Source of the DNA: Candidatus Zhuqueibacterota bacterium
Lineage (GTDB): Bacteria > Zhuqueibacterota > Zhuqueibacteria > Zhuqueibacterales > Geothermadaptataceae
Assembly: GCA_015485525.1 (NCBI GenBank)
Contig: WFTM01000246.1
Span: 1-41,662, forward strand
DNA length: 41,662 bases
Direction of reading: 5' to 3'
This document shows positions 35,796 to 41,662 of the stretch, one piece after another. The notes beneath the pieces were generated by a model. It had not been told where the DNA came from, made no database searches, and was given only the letters and a program-made list of their open reading frames with translations. The position numbers were made by a program, and so were the translations under genes. Positions within the stretch are counted from its first letter, which is position 1. Every line of letters begins with the position of its first letter.

Positions 35796-36812
35796 ATGAT
35801 ATTCCGATTCATCAAAATGCGAATGACCTGGATGATCAAGGTCATTTTTTTCTATACAGGCGTTTTTGCTCTCATCCGTAAGTTCCGTCCGAACCGCAAG
35901 CTGGCTATTTTGCGCTATCATGCCGTAGTCGATGGCCGGGATAACTATTATGCCAGCCCATCGATCAGTATCTCCCGTCGGCAGTTCGAGCGGCATGTAC
36001 GCTATTTTGCCAGAAACTACACGATCATCTCTCTCGACGAGGCGGTGAAAAAGTTGCGCGCAAAAGAGCCGCTGCCGGCCAATGCCGTGGTTTTTACCTT
36101 TGACGATGGCTATGCGGATAATTTTTATGCCCATGAAGTTTTGAAAAAATATGGTGGTACCGGCACGTTCTATCTCACCGCCGAGTGCATCGATCGCAAA
36201 GAACCGTTCTGGCTTTCCGAGGTGATCTACCTCTTCCTGCACGGCCGGAGAAATGAGGCCAGCATTCACCTCGACGACGAGGTGTATGAGTATAAGCTGG
36301 ATAACAAACTGAAAAAATGGCGCGCCATCCAGGCCGTGGTCGCATTGATCAAGAGCAACAACCGGGATGTGCGCGAACGCATCCGCAAGCAGTTGCGCGA
36401 CCAGCTCGAGCCGGCGGATTTTGAACGGAAACTCGACGCTGTGATGCTGACGTGGGATCAGGTCCGCACCATGCACGAGGCAGGCATGACCATGGCCGCG
36501 CACACCCTGACGCATCTCAACCTGCCCAACGCCGAACCAGAGGACGCCCTGCATGAGATTGCAGGGTGCAAAAAGCTGTTAGAGGAAAAGCTGCAGGCGC
36601 CTGTTCTGCATTTTTCCTACCCCAACAGCGGGCCGTACAAGTATTACACCGAAGAAATTCGCGATATGGTTGAGAAGAGCGGCTATCTGTCTTCGACCAC
36701 CAGTTATGCCGGTTTTGCAGATGAGAACAGCGATTTTTTTGCCATCCGGCGTGTACGTACGGTTCCTTCACTTGTGGAAACTGTAGCCGGGCTGGAGTTG
36801 AGCAAGCTATAG
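35796..36812 (+). CDS. Polysaccharide deacetylase (NodB homology domain), second deacetylase of the locus
   Basis: 338 aa. N-terminal TM. NodB motifs VVFTFDDGYADN and AAHTLTHLNL; NSGPY. Confidence 0.8.
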   Translation: MIFRFIKMRMTWMIKVIFFYTGVFALIRKFRPNRKLAILRYHAVVDGRDNYYASPSISISRRQFERHVRYFARNYTIISLDEAVKKLRAKEPLPANAVVFTFDDGYADNFYAHEVLKKYGGTGTFYLTAECIDRKEPFWLSEVIYLFLHGRRNEASIHLDDEVYEYKLDNKLKKWRAIQAVVALIKSNNRDVRERIRKQLRDQLEPADFERKLDAVMLTWDQVRTMHEAGMTMAAHTLTHLNLPNAEPEDALHEIAGCKKLLEEKLQAPVLHFSYPNSGPYKYYTEEIRDMVEKSGYLSSTTSYAGFADENSDFFAIRRVRTVPSLVETVAGLELSKL

Positions 36813-36899
36813 AGCTGTGTTGGGAAAATCCGGCGGCAGGAACCGCCGGCACATCACGAGACATTCGGGTACGCAGGAATTCACACCGCAAGCAGGGCT

Positions 36900-37952
36900 A
36901 TGAAAAAAGAAATTGACGGCATTCTCGACAGGCTGCGCACCGAGCCGCAGCGATATTTTGGGTCGGCTCAGCCACCGGAGCTGCGTATCGTCAAAAAAGT
37001 TTGGCGGCCCTACAGCCGTGTTTACCGCGTCGAAGCGCGGCAGGGAGGAGCGGTCAGTCGCTTTTTCTGGGTGAAGATGTTCATCATCTCCGAGCGCATT
37101 CTGAAAAAAGCGGAGAAACATCTCGCTCGCATCAAAACCGAATTTGACATAGCACAGGAGCTCAGCGAGCATTTTAGCACGGTCGAGCATATCCACGTCG
37201 TGCAGCCGATGGCGCTGTTTCCGGACAAAGCCACAGTGGTGACCTGGGAAAGCCCGGGCGAGCCGCTGAGCACGCTGGTTGAAAAAAAAGCGCGTTTGTG
37301 GCCGCCTGAGCAGGTAATCGCGGAGATCGAACAGTATATGCATCTGTCCGGAAAAGCGCTGGCAACCATGCAGAATCTGACCCGCAGGGATGAGCAGTTC
37401 GATCCGGCCACTTTGCGTGACTATGTCGATATTCGCCTGCAACGTCTGGTGAAAATCCGTTCGGCGCGTTTTTCCCCGGCCATGCGTGAGCAGGTTCTGA
37501 ACACCTTCGAGCGGTTGATGCCGGAGATTCCGCAGGAGCACCTCTGGGTTTGCGGCAAGCACGGTGATTTTGGTGCCTTCAATATTCTTGCCGGAAACGG
37601 CGAGGTGACGCTGACGGATTTTACCATGTATGGGCCGGGCTCGCCGTACATCGATGTCAGTTATTTCATCCATCGCTTACGCGGATTCCTGCACAAGCCG
37701 ACATACCGGGCCGAGATTATCGCCCGTTTCGAACAGGCTTTTGTCGATGGTTACGGCGTTCCGGATGTGCGCGAGCATGCCCTGTTTACCCTGAGCATGA
37801 TCCGGCATGTGACCAACAACTACAGCTCGCTGGCGCGCAACCGGATCGGCGGATACGCAAAAATTCCCATGCCGCACAAGCTGTGGTTCAACAAGAAAAT
37901 TTTTCGCAGTTACCATGCCTGGCTGGAGCAAACCTGCCACAGCCCCGGCTGA
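36900..37952 (+). CDS. Protein-kinase-like-fold phosphotransferase (APH / choline-kinase-like)
   Basis: 350 aa. Catalytic loop CGKHGDFGAFNIL (HGDxxxxN) and metal-binding LTDFTMYG. No TM segment or signal peptide. Confidence 0.65.
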   Translation: MKKEIDGILDRLRTEPQRYFGSAQPPELRIVKKVWRPYSRVYRVEARQGGAVSRFFWVKMFIISERILKKAEKHLARIKTEFDIAQELSEHFSTVEHIHVVQPMALFPDKATVVTWESPGEPLSTLVEKKARLWPPEQVIAEIEQYMHLSGKALATMQNLTRRDEQFDPATLRDYVDIRLQRLVKIRSARFSPAMREQVLNTFERLMPEIPQEHLWVCGKHGDFGAFNILAGNGEVTLTDFTMYGPGSPYIDVSYFIHRLRGFLHKPTYRAEIIARFEQAFVDGYGVPDVREHALFTLSMIRHVTNNYSSLARNRIGGYAKIPMPHKLWFNKKIFRSYHAWLEQTCHSPG

Positions 37953-38051
37953 TGGCACATTTTCAGAGTATCAGTGTGCCGTACCAACGGAGGCGGGAAA
38001 ACCCGCTGAGAGACAGGATTTCAAACGAGAGCTTAGCGATCGGGACTGAGG

Positions 38052-40700
38052 ATGGATACCAAACACCCCCACGAAATACACAGCGAATCGAGTTCACGAT
38101 ATAAAAAATTTCTGGTCATCGGCTACCTCATTCTCATGGCCAACACCGGCTACCTGGTGACGTTTTACCACGCCACGCTGTTTTATTATCTCAACGTCGC
38201 CCTGCATGTCCTGCTTGGCCTGCTGCTGGCTTTGCCCTTTGTTATCACCGGTTATGATTTTCTGAAAAACCATGCCCGCTATGGGCGTGGCTTTGGCCAT
38301 TTGATGGGCTTTGTCGGTTACAACTCGATGATCATCGCGTTTCTGACCGGACTTTTTCTGGTTATCTTCGGCAAGGACAGCGAGCACGCGGGTGTGTTTT
38401 ACGCCCATACTCTGCTCGGTGTGCTCGGTTGTTACGGCATGATCAGTTCGATCCGCAGAGCCGGCTACCAGATCAGCGTCAACAATGTGTTTTCACGGGC
38501 AGGGCGCTGGGGGTTGGTCTTTTTTCTTGCAGCAGCTCTCTTTCCTGTGCTGGGTATGTTTATCCGCTTCGTCTTTCCGACCACTAATTACGTGATCAAA
38601 AATTACGAGAACCTGACCTCCCTGCTGATCCGCGGGGCAGCGGTCGATTCCGGCCGGCCGTTTTCGCCCAGTCACGCTCAGACTTCCAGCGGCGGCCCCA
38701 TCAAACCCGATTTTCTCGTGGATTCGAATACCTGTGGCCAGTCAGGCTGCCACGCGGATATTTTTTCACAATGGCAGGAGTCTGCGCACAGCGAGCCTGC
38801 TGTAAAGGATGACCTGTATGCCGAGGCATTTACCTGGCTGCAAAGCACACGCGAAGACAAAAATGTGACCAACCTCTGTGCCGGCTGCCATACCCCCGCA
38901 CTGCTGTTCTCCGGCAAGGGTGCAGAGCCAGTACAGGCAGTCGCCGGCACGCCTGAGGGGGATACCGGAATCAGTTGCAACACCTGCCACTCCACCAAGC
39001 GGATCATCGGCACATTCGGTAATGGTGGCTATGTCGTCATGCGGCCGGATTTTTACGGCCTGGCCTCCAGCAATAAAGACAGGGGCCGTGCCCTGTATGC
39101 TGCCATGCTCCATCTCGAACCGCAACCCCATAAGGAGTTTTTTCTCAAGCCTTTCATGCGCGATCAGACCGGTGCGTTCTGTTCCACCTGCCACAAGCTC
39201 AACCCCGGCATGACCCGCGAAGGCGTGGCCATCGACATGATGAATCTGTACGATAGCTGGCAGCAGGGGCCGTATGCCGGAGAGCGTGTTGCAGCCTTTA
39301 AGCGTATCAATGAAAAAAAAGATTGCGCATCCTGCCACATGCCGCTGGTCCCCTCGGATGATCCGGCAGCAATCGATGGTAAGGTGCATGATCATACGTT
39401 CCGCAAAATGATTTCCGATACGCACACCGGTGGCGAGGAAAACTATCTCATCCCGGTGACCGTGCAGGTTATGGCTTATGCACCGTATTCCGGGCGTGTG
39501 CCGGCATCGCTCCAGGATATCAATCCGGATTTTATTCCTGTGAATGAGTTTGACACAGCCGTACGGGATACCACATGGCAGGTGCCGGAAATTATACCGC
39601 AGAGTGTTCGTATTCCCTCGCGTATGCGCGCAGCCACGATCGTGCGCGGGCAGGACGTGCGTCTGGATGTGCTCGTGAGCACGGATGAAATCGGCCACTG
39701 GTTCCCCGGTGATATTTCTCCGCGCACAAAAACCTGGCTCGAGCTGAAGATCGAGGATGAGCAGGGGCGGACCGTGTACCATTCCGGCAAGTTGGATGAT
39801 TTTGGTCGTGTCGATGCCGGTGCCTGGTTCTGGGGGGCAGAGATCATCGATGAACGCGGCAAAATTCTCAGGCGCGCCCACGGCCTCGGTGGCAGTGAGG
39901 TCGCGTATCGCCACAAAATTCCGCCCGGTTCCGCAGATGTGATCACGCATGTCTTTTCCGTCCCTGAAAACAGCGGTGACAGCCTGCGCGTTACCGCGAC
40001 GATTTTTCGCTGTGATCTGTTGACCAGTAAAGCAGACCCGGAGAGTACGAATGGTAAAAGAGAGCACACAGAAAAGAAGAAAATCGTCGTTGCGCGCAAT
40101 GAACTCAACCTGAGGGTTGTCGATGACACGGCTCCTGACGTGCAGGAAGAAGTACGCAAGCCGGGTGCGGAAAAAGATTTGCGTATGTATGGTGTCGGAC
40201 TGTTTCGCAGGGGAGAGTACAGGCTGGCGCTGCATGTTTACCGGCTCCTGGCAGAAAAATCACCAGAAGACGTACGCCATTGGCTCGGGGTGCTCCGCAT
40301 CAATCTCGCGCTTGGAGATGTGCCCGCTGCCGAACGGGCGTTGCAGCGCGCCCGCACACTGCAACCGGAAAACGTGCTCATCGATTTCTGGCATGCTATG
40401 CTTTTGAAGAAACAGGGCAAGCTCAAAGCTGCTGTCGAGATTTTCGACGACATCGAAGAGCACTTCAGCGATGACCGCATTTTCCTGAGGCAATATGCCC
40501 TGACTTTGTTCGATATGGGCCAGATCAAAAAGGCTGTAGAGCTGTTTCGCAAGGTCATCGCTGTGGCGCCGGATGATGTGCAGACGCATTACAATCTGCG
40601 CGAGTGCTATAAAATACTGGGGAAAGATGAGTTGCTCAAGGAAGAAGAAAACATCTATAACCGCCTGCAGGACAGAATACCTCCCAAAAGTGCGTATTGA
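38052..40700 (+). CDS. Fusion protein: N-terminal polytopic membrane domain + multiheme cytochrome c domain + C-terminal TPR domain
   Basis: 882 aa. About 5-6 TM segments in residues 1-195. Heme motifs CGQSGCH (CX4CH, 38733-38753), CAGCH (38877-38891), CNTCH, CSTCH and CASCH. TPR-like C-terminus (YRLALHVYRLLAEKSPED...GKLKAAVEIFDDIEEHFSDD...). Confidence 0.75.
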   Translation: MDTKHPHEIHSESSSRYKKFLVIGYLILMANTGYLVTFYHATLFYYLNVALHVLLGLLLALPFVITGYDFLKNHARYGRGFGHLMGFVGYNSMIIAFLTGLFLVIFGKDSEHAGVFYAHTLLGVLGCYGMISSIRRAGYQISVNNVFSRAGRWGLVFFLAAALFPVLGMFIRFVFPTTNYVIKNYENLTSLLIRGAAVDSGRPFSPSHAQTSSGGPIKPDFLVDSNTCGQSGCHADIFSQWQESAHSEPAVKDDLYAEAFTWLQSTREDKNVTNLCAGCHTPALLFSGKGAEPVQAVAGTPEGDTGISCNTCHSTKRIIGTFGNGGYVVMRPDFYGLASSNKDRGRALYAAMLHLEPQPHKEFFLKPFMRDQTGAFCSTCHKLNPGMTREGVAIDMMNLYDSWQQGPYAGERVAAFKRINEKKDCASCHMPLVPSDDPAAIDGKVHDHTFRKMISDTHTGGEENYLIPVTVQVMAYAPYSGRVPASLQDINPDFIPVNEFDTAVRDTTWQVPEIIPQSVRIPSRMRAATIVRGQDVRLDVLVSTDEIGHWFPGDISPRTKTWLELKIEDEQGRTVYHSGKLDDFGRVDAGAWFWGAEIIDERGKILRRAHGLGGSEVAYRHKIPPGSADVITHVFSVPENSGDSLRVTATIFRCDLLTSKADPESTNGKREHTEKKKIVVARNELNLRVVDDTAPDVQEEVRKPGAEKDLRMYGVGLFRRGEYRLALHVYRLLAEKSPEDVRHWLGVLRINLALGDVPAAERALQRARTLQPENVLIDFWHAMLLKKQGKLKAAVEIFDDIEEHFSDDRIFLRQYALTLFDMGQIKKAVELFRKVIAVAPDDVQTHYNLRECYKILGKDELLKEEENIYNRLQDRIPPKSAY

Positions 40701-41002
40701 CCGGAGCGGTTCTGTGTCGGCCTGAGTGCGACGCAGAACCGCAGGTCTGTTTGGCCTTTTCCGTCGTTGTGTGGCAGGAATGGCAAAATACCCCTTCGCT
40801 CCCTGATACTTACAGAATTGCCATGAAATTTCACCGGCTGCGTTCTTTGCTCTTACGTGGTACAGCAGCAAACCGCTCCGGAGCAGTTCTGCACAGCCGG
40901 TGTGCTGGGCTGCTCAGGGAATGAATCGGGAGCACTCGCGTTTGCGCGTCATGCGGTTGCATCGGAAACTCTCCGGGTTTCTGAAATTTTCAGGTTAAAA
41001 GG

Positions 41003-41031
41003 TTGACTTTCATGTAAATTGCCTTTATACT
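41003..41031 (+). promoter_or_regulatory. Near-consensus sigma70-type promoter with no obvious downstream gene
   Basis: TTGACT (41003-41008), exactly 17-nt spacer, TATACT (41026-41031). Confidence 0.4.
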
Positions 41032-41203
41032 TCTGGACTTTATGCCGTTCTCAAAAAACAATCCGGATACCAGCCTTTCGGCACAGGTTTGCCCGCCTGT
41101 TTGCAGCCTTTTCCCGAAATACCTGCACGAAGTACTCGCGTACGGATAAAGCTAATGAATCGGGTTTATTCACGCATGCGCATCACGCGCAGGGAGGGCC
41201 TCT

Positions 41204-41390
41204 GGTTATCCATTTAACTCAGCATGTGCAGACACCAGAGCGGTCATTCCGGTTTCCCTGCAGGGGAAGACCGGAATCTCCCAGACTCAGGCACGTGCCC
41301 AAAAAGATGAGATTCCGGCACTGCGCTTCGCCTGGCCGGAATGACAGATGACGATTTCTGAGCCAGGCCCCGAAAGCTGAGTTAACTCCA
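41204..41390 (+). repeat. Copy 3 of the MITE-like repeat (same orientation as copy 2; right terminal repeat cut short)
   Basis: GGTTATCCATTTAACTCAGCA (41204-41224). Core nearly identical to copy 2 (GTCATTCCGGTTTCCCTGCAGGGGAAGACCGGAATCTCCCAGACTCAGGCACGTG...GATGAGATTCCGGCACTGCGCTTCGCCTGGCCGGAATGAC). The right end GCTGAGTTAACT (41376-41387) then diverges from copies 1 and 2. Confidence 0.85.
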
Positions 41391-41399
41391 TTGCTAAGC

Positions 41400-41662
41400 C
41401 ACCGGCTTTGCCGGTGAGAATTGCAAAGGCTTTGCCGTAGTATTTGAAAAAAGAAACTCCTTGTGTTAGATTGGAAGTGGTCAGGTTTCCGAATCGAAAC
41501 AGAAGGAGTTTCGAAATGGGCAATAAGTTAGCTCATACAGTTTGGGGATGCAAGTATCATGTAGTGTGGATTCCGAAATATCGACGCAAAGTAATTTATG
41601 GCAAGCTTCGTAAGGACATAGGCTCAATCCTCCGTCGTCTTTGTGATTACAAAGGTATAGAG
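41400..41662 (+). mobile_element. Left end of an IS200/IS605-family insertion sequence (truncated by the window end)
   Basis: Perfect hairpin CACCGGC-TTT-GCCGGTG (41400-41416). A 9-bp long-range stem AAACTCCTT (41454-41462) / AAGGAGTTT (41503-41511) covers the SD. It is followed by a tnpA-like ORF. Confidence 0.8.
41516..41662 (+). CDS. tnpA: IS200/IS605-family Y1 (HUH) transposase TnpA, N-terminal 49 codons (partial)
   Basis: My own translation: MGNKLAHTVWGCKYHVVWIPKYRRKVIYGKLRKDIGSILRRLCDYKGIE. It matches the conserved IS200 TnpA N-terminus (LAHT.W.CKYH.V..PKYRR...YG..R...GSILR.LC). AAGGAG lies 5 nt upstream. Not in the ORF track because it runs off the window. Confidence 0.9.
   Translation, partial: MGNKLAHTVWGCKYHVVWIPKYRRKVIYGKLRKDIGSILRRLCDYKGIE

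Noticed and set aside
38766-40235. 489-aa minus-strand ORF antisense to the cytochrome/TPR gene
   Set aside because: The + strand frame carries CXXCH and TPR motifs over its full length. The antisense translation has no recognisable motifs and reflects GC-rich third positions.
40706-40742. 9-bp stem GCGGTTCTG / CAGAACCGC after the cytochrome gene as an intrinsic terminator
   Set aside because: The loop is 19 nt and the stem is not followed by a U-tract (AGGTCTGTTTGG). It may still stabilise the 3' end, but I cannot support calling it a terminator.
7951-41390. Possibility that the three repeats form a CRISPR-like or other arrayed structure
   Set aside because: The copies are ~8 kb and ~25 kb apart, ~200 bp long, and in mixed orientation. 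They are separated by housekeeping genes. There is no short-repeat/spacer periodicity anywhere in the window.

Overview
Bacterial chromosomal window; the phylum cannot be determined from the sequence alone. Layout: (i) 1-5.4 kb holds an OmpR-family response regulator with a degenerate receiver, followed by a minus-strand operon of an alpha/beta-hydrolase esterase and a heterodimeric ABC exporter. (ii) 5.9-19.2 kb holds a compact dcw cluster on the + strand: mraZ-rsmH-ftsL-ftsI-murF-mraY-ftsW-murG-ftsQ-ftsA-ftsZ. murE, murD, murC, murB and ddl are absent from it. Phased MraZ boxes lie at its promoter, and its two largest internal gaps each hold a copy of a ~200-bp hairpin-rich repeat with terminal inverted repeats. 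(iii) 20.3-38 kb holds an exopolysaccharide locus, all on the + strand. It encodes a priming sugar transferase, a PEGA protein, an FN3-repeat lipoprotein, a Wza-like exporter, a chain-length determinant, a BY-kinase, a 4-epimerase-like SDR, a deacetylase + FemAB pair, a synthase-like GT2, a second NodB deacetylase and an APH-fold kinase. This backbone resembles exosortase (XrtA/PEP-CTERM)-type loci, but no exosortase, Wzx or Wzy is present. The chain-length determinant and the BY-kinase are separated by a two-gene insert: a STAS / ~320-aa acidic disordered region / Fis-like HTH protein, and a cytoplasmic TPR protein. I rate this insert the best candidate for an undescribed regulatory module. 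(iv) 38-40.7 kb encodes an 882-aa fusion of a polytopic membrane domain, a multiheme cytochrome c and TPRs. (v) The window ends with a third repeat copy, apparently truncated by an IS200/IS605 element whose left-end structures and tnpA 5' end are visible. No CRISPR array, tRNA or rRNA was recognised. All domain calls rest on motifs read by eye from the ORF translations, not on database searches.
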